Part shown: piece after piece, positions 43,236 through 53,298 of the stretch
How positions within the stretch are numbered: position 1 is the first letter of the stretch
Layout: every line of letters begins with the position of its first letter
IMG/VR virus record: IMGVR_UViG_3300023276_001265
DNA length: 64,000 bases
Reading direction: 5' to 3' (one strand)
Origin: a virus
Program-made: the position numbers and the translations under genes
The notes under the pieces: generated by a model
What the model was told of the DNA's origin: nothing
Databases searched by the model: none
What the model saw: only the letters and a program-made list of their open reading frames with translations

Positions 43236-43964
43236 ATGGGCCTTCTCTCTGAGATGCAGATCGAAACAGCCTCTGGACCGGTCCAAATCGGCGTTTTAGC
43301 CAATAAGACTGTCCTAAACCCAGATTTTTCTGTGGTGGTGCTGACGTGGACTGGTTCACGCCTCTTCGTAACTGAGGCGTTTGACTTCCGGTCAATCGGC
43401 GAACAACAGATTTTCGATGTTGAACTTGATGATGGCTCACTCGTTAAAGTGTCCCCCTCCTCACAGTTCATTCTCAAAAATGGCTCCACGAAGATGCCCC
43501 CGGAGCTGAGTCCTGGGGATTCGCTTCTGCCGCTTTACTTAGCCAAAAACGCGAACGGCTATCCGACCTATCAGATCCCAGGACACGCTGTAAAAAAGAA
43601 AATATCTAGACTTATGGCGGAATGGGTGCTTGGCCATGCCCTAGAAAAGGGCACCTACGTTGAGCACATCGATGGGAACAGAGAAAACTATCACCCAGAT
43701 AATCTCCGGATATACTTCGACGCACAGAAGGCCAAGAGGTCCCACAAGAACATCGCTGTCAAGACGGTAGGCGCAGCGGACGCGCTCTTCAACGAGTGTG
43801 CTGCTGCCAGCCCATTGATGGCTGAAATCGTCAAACCAAAGAAGAAGACCAACCACAAGGTGGTGCGATCTACGCCTGGTCGGCTAGACGAAGTTTTTAC
43901 CGCATCTGTCCGAACTATGGGCTCGTTGTCCATATCCGGTGTGTTCCTGGACCTCCCGGCCTGA
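43236..43964 (+). CDS. free-standing degenerate HINT (intein-like) protein with HNH insert
   Basis: Intein-like layout (IETASGPVQI, VELDDGSLVKV...F, LSPGDSL, NHKVV) around EHIDGNRENYHPDNL; no Cys1 or terminal HN. Confidence 0.7.
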   Translation: MGLLSEMQIETASGPVQIGVLANKTVLNPDFSVVVLTWTGSRLFVTEAFDFRSIGEQQIFDVELDDGSLVKVSPSSQFILKNGSTKMPPELSPGDSLLPLYLAKNANGYPTYQIPGHAVKKKISRLMAEWVLGHALEKGTYVEHIDGNRENYHPDNLRIYFDAQKAKRSHKNIAVKTVGAADALFNECAAASPLMAEIVKPKKKTNHKVVRSTPGRLDEVFTASVRTMGSLSISGVFLDLPA

Positions 43965-44005
43965 TAGAGTAGGATCGAGCTAACTGTTGAAACCATGGGA
44001 CTAAG

Positions 44006-46285
44006 ATGGCACTTCGCGACGATGCGCTAAACTACCTGCGCCAGGTATTCGGCCGTGAACGCGCCGAGCGTGATCGGGCTGAATCTCCCTCGGCCGAGGC
44101 CGAGAAGCACATCCCGTCATCCATCTTCTCGGTATGGGGCCGAGAAGACGTCGGCGGACTACTCAGCGTCTCGCAGAACCTGATGGACAGGTATGCAGAT
44201 TATGAGCAGATGGATGATTATCCGGACATCAACTGTCTCACTGCAGATACTACGATTTACGTGGTTGAAGACTCCATTATCAAGCCCACTAGGATCCACG
44301 ACCTAGCTGCTCACGGCGGTGGCCCCAAGATCCTGGCCTACGACACAGAGAAGGACAAGCTCGTCGTAGTGGCGTCTGAGAATCCTCGCATTTCTGGCGA
44401 TAAGCAGGAGGTGGTTGAGGTCGGGTTTAGCAATGGTGAGAAAATCAAGTGCACCCCTGGGCACAAGTTCCTCACGGTCGAGCACGATTACATCAATGCC
44501 TCTGATCTAGTCGAGGGAACGGTTGTGGTCTCTTGTTGGTCTGGGTTTGACCCAACAGGAATGACCGCCTTTCTGCACTCAACATCAGGCCGATTGAAGG
44601 TGACCCAGGCCGCGATTCCGGCTGGGGTCGAAGACGTCTACGACGTCACAACTAAGACCCACAACTTCATCGCTAATGGGATTGTTGTCCATAACAGCGC
44701 CCACCACTACTTCACAAACGATGCGACCCAGCCGGATATTGACACCGGAAAAACCGTTTGGGTCCATTCTAGCGACGAAGCTATCAAGAGCATGTCGGAC
44801 GTGCTGCTCAACAAGCGGCTACGAATTGAAGACGATATCTGGTCCATGGTCTACACGACCGTGAAGATGGGCAATAACTACGAGGAGGTGCTGATCACTG
44901 ATAACGGCGTTGTCGGCCTCAACTCTCTTCCCTGCCCCACCATGCGCCGTGTCGAGCAGTCCAATGGCTCGATCATTGGTTACGTCCAGGACATCACTGG
45001 GAAGTTCACGCAGGACGCCTCGGACCTTCGCGGGATGCTGGCCGGTCAGGCTAAGGTCCCGGACCACGTCGCCCTGTTCGAGGAGTGGCAAGTCCTACAT
45101 ACGCGCCTTCGTGGCACGGCCCGCAGAACTCCATACGGGTTCGGTGTGGCTGATGGAGCTCGCTGGATCTGGAAGAGACTGGTTCTTCTCGAAGACTCGA
45201 TGCTCATCTACAAGCTGACCCGAGCTCCAGCCCGGTTCGCCTTCTACATCGACGTCACCGATATTCCATCTGACAAGGTGGAGTCCTTCCTACGCAAAGC
45301 CAAGCAAGACCTGCGGAAGCAGAAACTTGTTAACCCGAGGACCCAGCGCCTCGACATGCGTATGAATCCGATGGACAACCTTCAGGACTTCTTCATCGCG
45401 GTCCGCGAAAATCGCGAGCTAGCCCGTGTAGAGGTTCTCCAAGGCCCTGACTATCAGGCGACCGAGGATGTGGAGTACTTCCAGCGGAAGCTACACGGCG
45501 TCCTGAAGATCCCCAGGAACTATCTAGGGCAAGACGACGGCATCCCAGCCCGATCGATCCTCTCTTACGAGGATGTGCGGTCCGCACGCGTCACGATGGG
45601 AATCCAGCGCGAGGTCAGGAACAGCATTCGTCGTCTGATTCAGATCGATCTTGCGGCCCGAGGGATCAACCCCTTCAGGCAAGACCTTCAGGTGATGATG
45701 ACGGTCCCGTCCGGGATCTATGAGCTGGCGCACAACGAGATCAAGAACGCGAGAGCTGACTTCGCAACGCGAGTCCAGCCGTTTGTCTCAATGCGCTATA
45801 TCCAGGAGAAGATTCTCAAACTGACCGGCGATCAGATAGAGCGGATCGAGAAGGAGCGGGAAGAGGATCAAAAGAAGGAAGCTGCTCAGCAACAGGCTAT
45901 GGGCGGAGGTGATGATGGCGGTGGTGGCGGCGCTCCTGCTGCTGATGGTTCTCCGCCAGATGACGCTCCAATGCACCCAGGAAACGCTGAGATCGGCCCA
46001 CCACCGGGCTCTGGGGGTCGACCAGACAGTAAGTCGGAGTGGAAGTCTTACGATAGGGCGCGGCGCATTGAGGAAAAACGTGATCGCATGTCCCGGCAGC
46101 GTGATCAAGAGATTCAAGACACAATGCACAAGGTCATTGTCGGTAATAAGCAGATGGCCGCACAGCTCGCCCATCAACAGCAATTCTTCCGCGAGTTCAA
46201 GCACGCCGCATTCTCCCGGAACGGGAACGGCGGTCTGATCTCAGCCCCTCAGGGCGGCGGTCATCGACGACGTCGCATTAAGTGA
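44006..46285 (+). CDS. portal protein (T4 gp20-like) with mini-intein
   Basis: YADYEQMDDYPDI, LLEDSMLIYKLTRAPARFAFYIDV, DFFI, EDVEYFQRKLHGVLKIP. Confidence 0.92.
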   Translation: MALRDDALNYLRQVFGRERAERDRAESPSAEAEKHIPSSIFSVWGREDVGGLLSVSQNLMDRYADYEQMDDYPDINCLTADTTIYVVEDSIIKPTRIHDLAAHGGGPKILAYDTEKDKLVVVASENPRISGDKQEVVEVGFSNGEKIKCTPGHKFLTVEHDYINASDLVEGTVVVSCWSGFDPTGMTAFLHSTSGRLKVTQAAIPAGVEDVYDVTTKTHNFIANGIVVHNSAHHYFTNDATQPDIDTGKTVWVHSSDEAIKSMSDVLLNKRLRIEDDIWSMVYTTVKMGNNYEEVLITDNGVVGLNSLPCPTMRRVEQSNGSIIGYVQDITGKFTQDASDLRGMLAGQAKVPDHVALFEEWQVLHTRLRGTARRTPYGFGVADGARWIWKRLVLLEDSMLIYKLTRAPARFAFYIDVTDIPSDKVESFLRKAKQDLRKQKLVNPRTQRLDMRMNPMDNLQDFFIAVRENRELARVEVLQGPDYQATEDVEYFQRKLHGVLKIPRNYLGQDDGIPARSILSYEDVRSARVTMGIQREVRNSIRRLIQIDLAARGINPFRQDLQVMMTVPSGIYELAHNEIKNARADFATRVQPFVSMRYIQEKILKLTGDQIERIEKEREEDQKKEAAQQQAMGGGDDGGGGGAPAADGSPPDDAPMHPGNAEIGPPPGSGGRPDSKSEWKSYDRARRIEEKRDRMSRQRDQEIQDTMHKVIVGNKQMAAQLAHQQQFFREFKHAAFSRNGNGGLISAPQGGGHRRRRIK
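44234..44695 (+). mobile_element. mini-intein in portal (154 aa)
   Basis: CLTADT..., CTPGHKF, VYDVTTKTHNFIANGIVVHN|S. Confidence 0.92.
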
Positions 46286-46974
46286 AATTCTTCGTCGATG
46301 ACGAAGAGCTTCGCAAGAGCATCGAAAACTTGAAGACGAGCATTCCTGCGGCTGCTAAAGAGGCAGGGCGGAACTCTCTTAGAGAGCTGGCTGAAAAAAC
46401 GGCACAACGTGTTAGGGATATGATCCCTAATGATGGCGGTTGGTACGACATCTACCGAGACAGCATCCAGTTGGATGAGATTAGCCCAGATGAGTATGAT
46501 GTAGTAGCGAAGATCATCGAACTGAACTACGGCGATCTCGAAGCCGACACTACTTTATTGTGGCTCACCGGTGGTGATGATGTGGCGCTGCTAATGGCCA
46601 CAGAGAACCCGTGGACCGTTGACACGCTCCCGTCAGTAAAAGATGGAATCACTACAGAGTTGATCGTTAGACCAGCTTCTGAGTCCGAGACTGATTTCCA
46701 CCGAAGACGACATCGATCGAATGCGACCGAGCTAAAGACGGCGTTGAGCAGGCTTAGGAGGCCTATCCAGCCGAATGAACTAGCCGTCATAAACGGCCGC
46801 ACATTGGCGGATGTCCCGTTTTTAGCCCTCCGAATGGAGTATGGCCTCGGAGGGTTCCCACGTCTGCCAATCTGGAACCGACTCGAAACAGAGGGAGACA
46901 GAATTATGAACTCCTCTGGATTCGGTAAAGAGGCGCTTGAACTGTTTGCCAAGAACTTTGACAAGCAGCAATAG
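46282..46974 (+). CDS. putative neck/tail-completion protein
   Basis: Lies after the portal; FLALRMEYG...P.W resembles HK97 gp10-like proteins. Confidence 0.5.
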   Translation: MKFFVDDEELRKSIENLKTSIPAAAKEAGRNSLRELAEKTAQRVRDMIPNDGGWYDIYRDSIQLDEISPDEYDVVAKIIELNYGDLEADTTLLWLTGGDDVALLMATENPWTVDTLPSVKDGITTELIVRPASESETDFHRRRHRSNATELKTALSRLRRPIQPNELAVINGRTLADVPFLALRMEYGLGGFPRLPIWNRLETEGDRIMNSSGFGKEALELFAKNFDKQQ

Positions 46975-47100
46975 GGAAAAATAGCTTTTAGTCAACTGCG
47001 GCCAAAACCGCTTGCCCGATGACGAGCTTCAAGGCCGGTTAACAGCAGCCCACGGCCTGGTGACCGTAAATTTGTTCCTGACATTGAGCGCGGCATTCTT
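46971..47100 (-). ncRNA. putative omegaRNA with guide
   Basis: IS605-like right end (GCAAGC...CAGTTGAC, ending at 46991) downstream of tnpB; the guide would be about 46990-46971. Confidence 0.4.
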
Positions 47101-48144
47101 GCTCATCGGACTTTCGTTGCCACACGAATCGCAGAGGAAGGTGTGTTTTGTGATGCTCCCAGAAGCTCCACAAAGCGAGCACCTCTTCTCGTTACCGGAT
47201 ACGTTCACGTAATAAACCGGTATCGCCGCAGCCGCAGCCTTCTCTTCAATCCTACGACGAAGCACTTCATAGAAGTGCGGCCTCATCGATGGCTTGCTTC
47301 TTTTCCTCTTCGAAGGTGGAGGGATGCGAAGGTCCTCGATGACGAGGATTGATCCGCTTCCAACCCACTCAACGAGTCGGTTAGCTGCTGCGTGGCAAAA
47401 AGTCCTAGTTCGCATGTGACGCCGTCTGCTTAGCCGTTTGAGGACTCGACGCACAGAACGCGTCTCAAGTCCATCTGCCTTACGCACAGCCAGTCGCCGC
47501 TCAAGTCTTCTCTTTGTTTTTCGGCTTGTCTCCTCCATTACATTCTGAGCAACGGTGACGATTCGGAGAGATTTCCCCTCGGCGCTTACCGCTGCTACTT
47601 CATTCTTACTCCCTACTGCAACGCCAGCAGGAAGGGTTCCTTCTCGTTTTGATTCTTTAAGAGTCACGGACACGGTCGCTACGAGTCGTCCCCTTTTAAG
47701 GGAGACCGCGAGTGTGTCGAAGGACTTCACGTTTTTATAGTCAGCCTCGAACCGGGCTGGAATGCTGCAAGGTATGTCCTTACGGCCCGCAATTGTCCAA
47801 ATTCTGATCGTCTCTTTACGGGGTGGGCAGGCATCGCGCTTTGCCTTGCCGATCAAGAATAGGGCGCGTGGCTTACTGAAGTGAATCGGCCCATATATCC
47901 TCCGGTTTCTCCTCCGAGCGCGTGAGTATTCAGATGCCACCGATCGAATAGCAGTGCATGTGAGCTGAGATTTCAGAGAGCCTTTCACTTTTGCGTAGCT
48001 GAGCTGATGCATATCTACTGCGGAAAGCGCGGTTCCGTCTTCAAACGCAATCTCAGACACGCGCTCTTGGATGAGTCTGAATGACTCAATTGTTGCCATA
48101 AGATCAGCGTCGTTGGCAATCCTAAGTGGAAGCACTTTCTGCAT
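47029..48144 (-). CDS. tnpB: TnpB-family protein, predicted nuclease-dead
   Basis: TnpB layout with VIEDL and CxxC..CxxC; RuvC-I reads GVAVG (no Asp) and RuvC-III reads MSKNAA (no Asp); no tnpA nearby. Confidence 0.85.
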   Translation of the reverse strand: MQKVLPLRIANDADLMATIESFRLIQERVSEIAFEDGTALSAVDMHQLSYAKVKGSLKSQLTCTAIRSVASEYSRARRRNRRIYGPIHFSKPRALFLIGKAKRDACPPRKETIRIWTIAGRKDIPCSIPARFEADYKNVKSFDTLAVSLKRGRLVATVSVTLKESKREGTLPAGVAVGSKNEVAAVSAEGKSLRIVTVAQNVMEETSRKTKRRLERRLAVRKADGLETRSVRRVLKRLSRRRHMRTRTFCHAAANRLVEWVGSGSILVIEDLRIPPPSKRKRSKPSMRPHFYEVLRRRIEEKAAAAAIPVYYVNVSGNEKRCSLCGASGSITKHTFLCDSCGNESPMSKNAALNVRNKFTVTRPWAAVNRP

Positions 48145-48287
48145 CAGACCAGTCTACGCACTCGTTGCTGACAGGGTCAACCTCTAGTGCGCATCAATTG
48201 CTTTGTTAGCACCTAATAGTGCTGTGGACCCTCGACTAGCTCTAAGGTCAACAGTTATCATTACGACCTGATGCGATAGGGGAGTTT

Positions 48288-49151
48288 GTGGCTGGGTTAG
48301 AGTTTGGTGAGCGTACTGGAAACGTAGACTTCTACGATTTCGATGAGGCCCTGGTCAGGGGACTCGGGGCGCTACCGGACACTGCAAAGAACCAATACTA
48401 CCTACCGCTTGAAGGTATCTTCGTTCGCATCGATGGGCGCCAGGAGCCTATTGACCGGGCTTTGGTCGTCTACAAGAGGCCTGAACCGACGCAGATCAGT
48501 GCGACAGTCCCAATGATCGCAATCATTCGTGACTCTACGACACCGTCCGAAGAGCGACTTCTCACTCCTGTAGTCTCTTACCGCCTCCCCTGCGAGGGCG
48601 CACAGCAGGTCTCTGCTGGCGGTTGTCTAGGGTGGACCTCCTACGAGCAGAAGGACAAAGAGCAGCCATACGACTTTTTCTACACCATTGAATGCTGGGC
48701 CCGGTTTCGCACCGTTGCACAAATCCTGCTGCAAATGATGATGAAGCGATTTCCCCACCGGGGGACTGTGACCGTCGTCGACGGCATCAATAATCCTCGC
48801 GTCTATGCCACATTCCAACAGGGCGTTGACGACCTTACTGATGTAAGCTCTCTGGTGGAGCGTATCCCAGGGTACTCTCTATCTGTAAAGGTCGAAGCGG
48901 AGCTGACGTTGGACAAAGAGCCTATCTGTATACCAGCCTTCACCGGCACGGTTACTGATCAACCCCTTCCTGGGGTTGGTGGACCGGGCTACCAGCTCGT
49001 TCCAGGGCCTGGCGGCTACGGCCTTGTTCCTGCTGATGCTAATGGGATCCCGCTTTGCCCTGGTGGTGAACGTGATCCTGATCCTGGTGTTGGCGGAAGC
49101 TACGGCACAGGCAAACCAATCGTCCGATCGGGCGTTTACGGGAGTCAATAA
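48288..49151 (+). CDS. putative tail terminator/sheath stabiliser
   Basis: Upstream of the sheath; P.IAIIR...PYDFFYTIECW pattern. Confidence 0.55.
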   Translation: MAGLEFGERTGNVDFYDFDEALVRGLGALPDTAKNQYYLPLEGIFVRIDGRQEPIDRALVVYKRPEPTQISATVPMIAIIRDSTTPSEERLLTPVVSYRLPCEGAQQVSAGGCLGWTSYEQKDKEQPYDFFYTIECWARFRTVAQILLQMMMKRFPHRGTVTVVDGINNPRVYATFQQGVDDLTDVSSLVERIPGYSLSVKVEAELTLDKEPICIPAFTGTVTDQPLPGVGGPGYQLVPGPGGYGLVPADANGIPLCPGGERDPDPGVGGSYGTGKPIVRSGVYGSQ

Positions 49152-49453
49152 TGAAACGCGATCAGACTTATCAAGTGGTGTCACGAAACGCTGTCACGGT
49201 GGAATTCGCGAACGGTAACGTCGTGAGCTACCCAGCAGGGTTCATGTTCACCTCGCACCCAACCAACGCATCAGTTGCCCGCCTCTTGCGAAACAACTCG
49301 ATCCGCAAGGTCACTGATCGAGAGATCCCGACCTTTGCCAAGAAGATCGACGTAGCGTCATCGTCTCAGCCAGCTAAGGCAGCTCCAACTCCTGCCGTGG
49401 CCAAGAAGTCCAAGAAGTCAACCAAAAAGCAGCCTTCGGGCGGCGGGGAGTAA
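49151..49453 (+). CDS. small virion-associated protein
   Basis: Shares an N-terminal module with 53299 and 54789. Confidence 0.65.
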   Translation: MKRDQTYQVVSRNAVTVEFANGNVVSYPAGFMFTSHPTNASVARLLRNNSIRKVTDREIPTFAKKIDVASSSQPAKAAPTPAVAKKSKKSTKKQPSGGGE

Positions 49454-49456
49454 GTC

Positions 49457-52390
49457 ATGCCGATTATTCAATATCGGTCAGCAGGTGTTTACGGCCAGGA
49501 GAAGGCTCCAGCACGTGCCCCTGATCAGTTCTCGCCCGCAAAAATGGGCATCGTCGGTTGGACCCAGAAGGGCCCCACCAACTTCCCAATCGAGATCCGC
49601 TCGGTTGAGGACTTTACTCGTGTGTTCGGTCCGTCCAACACACGCGGTGTAGTTCCTCAGGAGATTCGTGGGTTCTTCGGAACTGGTGGAGAGCGAGCAT
49701 GGGTTAACCGCATCGCACCCGCCGACTCGACCTTCGCGTCGGTGGCCATCGATGACACTCCCGGACCGGAGAAGTGGACCTTTACGGCCAACGGCCAGGG
49801 TCTCTGGGGCAACGACCTGAAAATCCGTGTAAGCGGAAACAGGAACTTCCTCAACTTCACCACGAATTCGTGGGACAAGTACGATCTCCAGATCCTCGCC
49901 CCCGCCGACTTCAACCCGGCGTTCGATGATGCTGTGGAAACCTACGAGGCAATTCAGTTCGATGATCCGGCTGCTCCGGACTATCTTCTGAACGTGATTG
50001 CGGACCCCCGCCGTCCGAGTCTCCTGGTCACCACGACCATTGGCGTAGGTGGCGTACCTTCAGGGATGCTCCCTGTCACCGTACTAGCCGAGTCAGTGGG
50101 CACTGGTGGTGGGGCTCCTCTTGCCTCCCAATTCACAACGACTATCCAGAACGTACCTGTTCTGGAGAACACGTTGAAGTTGATTGCGGTGTCCGGGACG
50201 ACTAAGTTCCTGGCCCACACTCCTACGACCGGAACGATTAACGGCACGGATACAGCTTTCACGCTCCAGCTTACTAACCTTCCAGTGGTTGAGGGCTCAG
50301 CCCGCGTCTTCTACCAGAAGCAGCTTCTCACCAACGAGGTGCTTCCTGCTAGCGCTGGTCTCGTAGACGGCGTCAACAAGGTCTTCACCTTCAACGCTGG
50401 TGTTGTGGACAACCCGGTCCACCAGGAAATTACCAGCTTCAGCCTGAAGTATGCTGGCTCTGCGGCCGTGACTCAGACGCTGTCGACCACTGGTGGTGTG
50501 GCCGCAGTCTATGACTTGTCAGGCGTGGCCTTGTCGTCCACAGAAGTTCACCCAGGAACGCTCGCCATTTCGGTGAATGTTGATGGCGTTGGCCTGGCGA
50601 CTATCACCGATGACGGTGCTGGTAATCTGACCGGCGGCAGTGGCTCCCTCCCACTCGGTGGGACCGTTGATTACGCTTCTGGTTTGATGACCGGTATCAC
50701 GGCGCCGCTCGTAGCGCTTTCCGATGTCGACGCTAACCACGCCGTCTCCAACCTCATCACTAAGGACGCCGTCGAGACCCTTGAGGTCAGTGGCCTTGGT
50801 GGCACCAACATCGTTGGTAACGTCGTCTCTCAGGGTGGTGTAACAGGAACGATCCTGTCCATTTTGGGAAGTGTATGGAAGGTGGGCGGTGTCACAGGTG
50901 GCCCGTTCATCGCAGGCGCTTTCACGACCGATGGGCCTGGAACTGGAACGGTCGATCTGGCTTACGCCAGTGAAGTGGAACAGGATGTCCCTCTCCTCGG
51001 ATCTATCGATGGCGCTGGAATTAACCTGATCGACCTGACCGACAGCGCAACCAACCTTTCAGTTGGCTCTGGGCTGATCGAGGTCACGACTCTCGTGGCT
51101 CCTCTGGCGGGGACGTTCTTCTTCCTCGACTACGTCTGCCTCGGTAACGTCTGGTCGAACACGACTGGAAACCTGCTCGGCGACGTGACGGCTACGTCCA
51201 CGATCAACGCTGATACTGGTGCCGTCTCGATGACGACAGTGTTCGCGCCCCTCACGGGCTCGACTATCAATTCCTGGTATCAGACTGGTCAGTATGCCGA
51301 GGACAACGGCCTGGGCGCGATTGTTGGTGATGTTGATGCCACTGGCACGAACACAATCAACTACGCTACTGGAGCCTTGGACTTCACCTGGGTTTCGCCG
51401 CCACCGGCTGCGACACCGATCACGGCGTCATACACCAAGCTGTCGTCCGCAATTCAGTTCCAGATGACTGGTGGAACTGATGGAACGGTTATCTCGCGGA
51501 ACGAGATATCGAACCCGACGCTGGATGGGACCAAGACGGGTATTTACGCCCTGGATCTCGTTGAGGAACCTCTTAACGTGGTGGTGCCAGACTTCGAGGG
51601 CTCAGCGTTCGTACAGGCAGACATCGTAGACTTCTGCGATGCCCGTCAAGATAGGTTCGCGCTCTTCGCGCTAGCTAACGGCACTACGGTGCCCGAGGCG
51701 ATCCAGTATGTGCTGGTGACCCAGGCCTTCAACACGAAGAACGCGGCTATCTACTACCCGAACGTCTACTTCATCAACGACTCGACCGACCTGCCCGAGC
51801 TCATTCCCGCCAGTGGCTTTGCCGCAGGCGTGATCGCGAAGACGGCTCGGAACAAGAACATCGGCAAGTCACCTGCCGGTGTCGTCGATGGAGCGCTGGA
51901 CGCTGCTGGAACGGTCGGACCTGAGTTCAAGCTCACTCGCTTGGACCAGGACAACCTCTACCAGTCTAGGGTCAACCCGCTGCCGTCTACTGCGGCTACG
52001 GGGTTCATCATCAACGGTGCTCGTTCTCTGTCGAAGGAGCCGCGCTGGCGCTACGTCAATGCTCGCCTCCTCAACAACTTCCTGATGTACACCACGTCGT
52101 TGCAGCTTCAGTGGACCGTGTTCGAGAACAACGGACCGGCACTCTGGCAGAAGATCGAAACGGCTCTCCGGGGCTACTACAGCTCGCTCTTCCGTTTGGG
52201 CTACTTCTTCGGGAACACTCAGGAAGAAGCGTTCTTCATCAAGTGCAACGCGAACAACAACAGCTCGGTGACGATCGACCAGGGCAAGGTCCTGATCGAC
52301 ATTGGCTTCTCGCCGAACAAGCCAGCTGAGTTCGTGATCTTCACGCTGTCTCAGCCAGCTGGCACTGCTAGTTCGCAGGCGTCGGTCTAA
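49457..52390 (+). CDS. contractile tail sheath protein
   Basis: SAGVYGQE, GWTQKGP, KSPAG, RVNP, RYVNARLL, VFENN, PNKPAEFV; large beta-rich insertion. Confidence 0.95.
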   Translation: MPIIQYRSAGVYGQEKAPARAPDQFSPAKMGIVGWTQKGPTNFPIEIRSVEDFTRVFGPSNTRGVVPQEIRGFFGTGGERAWVNRIAPADSTFASVAIDDTPGPEKWTFTANGQGLWGNDLKIRVSGNRNFLNFTTNSWDKYDLQILAPADFNPAFDDAVETYEAIQFDDPAAPDYLLNVIADPRRPSLLVTTTIGVGGVPSGMLPVTVLAESVGTGGGAPLASQFTTTIQNVPVLENTLKLIAVSGTTKFLAHTPTTGTINGTDTAFTLQLTNLPVVEGSARVFYQKQLLTNEVLPASAGLVDGVNKVFTFNAGVVDNPVHQEITSFSLKYAGSAAVTQTLSTTGGVAAVYDLSGVALSSTEVHPGTLAISVNVDGVGLATITDDGAGNLTGGSGSLPLGGTVDYASGLMTGITAPLVALSDVDANHAVSNLITKDAVETLEVSGLGGTNIVGNVVSQGGVTGTILSILGSVWKVGGVTGGPFIAGAFTTDGPGTGTVDLAYASEVEQDVPLLGSIDGAGINLIDLTDSATNLSVGSGLIEVTTLVAPLAGTFFFLDYVCLGNVWSNTTGNLLGDVTATSTINADTGAVSMTTVFAPLTGSTINSWYQTGQYAEDNGLGAIVGDVDATGTNTINYATGALDFTWVSPPPAATPITASYTKLSSAIQFQMTGGTDGTVISRNEISNPTLDGTKTGIYALDLVEEPLNVVVPDFEGSAFVQADIVDFCDARQDRFALFALANGTTVPEAIQYVLVTQAFNTKNAAIYYPNVYFINDSTDLPELIPASGFAAGVIAKTARNKNIGKSPAGVVDGALDAAGTVGPEFKLTRLDQDNLYQSRVNPLPSTAATGFIINGARSLSKEPRWRYVNARLLNNFLMYTTSLQLQWTVFENNGPALWQKIETALRGYYSSLFRLGYFFGNTQEEAFFIKCNANNNSSVTIDQGKVLIDIGFSPNKPAEFVIFTLSQPAGTASSQASV

Positions 52391-52414
52391 GGCCCGGTCA
52401 CTCGGCCTCTGTCG

Positions 52415-52444
52415 AAACCCCCCGTCTTAGACGGGGGTTTCTTC
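52415..52444 (+). terminator. intrinsic terminator
   Basis: CCCCCGTC-TTA-GACGGGGG followed by TTTCTT. Confidence 0.75.
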
Positions 52445-52686
52445 ATGTACGGATACCTAACCAATCTGTTCCAGTCTCTTCCTTAGCCGCACTGAGATGG
52501 TAGCTTTCTAATTCGACAAGCCTGTGCGGGGGCCTAGTATCCGCAACTAAGTCATGCGAATTCCACGAACTGCAATCCGAATCGACGCCGGGCGTCACAG
52601 GAGCTTTCACCAGCCCTCCTAGTTGAATTACGGGCCCAGGGTACGTACCAACGGACCCCTAAATCCCGTAATCCTAGGAGGATGCA

Positions 52687-52917
52687 ATGTTTGTGGTACC
52701 AAAACACGACCGAGAATGGGTCGCGTGGATCAAGGAGGAGGTCGCCCACAGGCGTCTCCCCTGTATGGCCGGGTGTGGAACCAAGGCCACCAAGATCAAG
52801 CTAGTAGGGAAGAGATCAGGCGCCTTCTGCGGCTCTTGCTACGGCGAAATCTACTATGGGAACATTCCCAAGCTCGACCGACCGAAGGGTCTTAAGCGGG
52901 CCCGCAGGCGTCACTAG
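52687..52917 (+). CDS. small Cys-rich protein
   Basis: AGGAGG RBS; CxxxC...CxxC. Confidence 0.6.
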   Translation: MFVVPKHDREWVAWIKEEVAHRRLPCMAGCGTKATKIKLVGKRSGAFCGSCYGEIYYGNIPKLDRPKGLKRARRRH

Positions 52918-53159
52918 ACACTAGCCAGCAAGTCCAACACGGTTGCCGTCGTGATTAACCGTCGAGGCGCCCAGATAATGCAGTCTGGGTCTGTCTGTCG
53001 GTATACCTTCACGTTTGATGCGCCCCAGTCGTCGCGATCCCTGTTCTCGAACTCCACGACCCAGAGGCACTGTCGCTGACTTGGCGTCCAGCCGTCACCT
53101 ATGAACCTTACAGTTTCGCCGTGCTTGAACATTTTGAGCTCTGAATTCTGCTGATCCAT
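52914..53159 (-). CDS. small SH3-like hypothetical protein
   Basis: FKHGETVRF; ends VLDLLASV. Confidence 0.6.
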   Translation of the reverse strand: MDQQNSELKMFKHGETVRFIGDGWTPSQRQCLWVVEFENRDRDDWGASNVKVYRQTDPDCIIWAPRRLITTATVLDLLASV

Positions 53160-53252
53160 CCCTACACCTCCAGTCGTTGATTACTTCTACCCTTCTCGGC
53201 CTCTGCGGACGAGCAGGATACTCGACCTGCCTGGGACTTATCGCTAGTCGCC

Positions 53253-53268
53253 GGTGTATACTGATGCT
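53253..53268 (+). promoter_or_regulatory. repeated promoter-like 16-mer (second copy at 54744-54759)
   Basis: GGTGTATACTGATGCT occurs exactly upstream of both fibre-like genes and contains TATACT. Confidence 0.6.
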
Positions 53269-53298
53269 TCAGTCCCTTATCTGGGGAGGGCATCACCT

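Noticed and set aside
47029-48144. Active IS605 element or Cas12f system
   Set aside because: No tnpA, no CRISPR array, and RuvC catalytic residues are missing.
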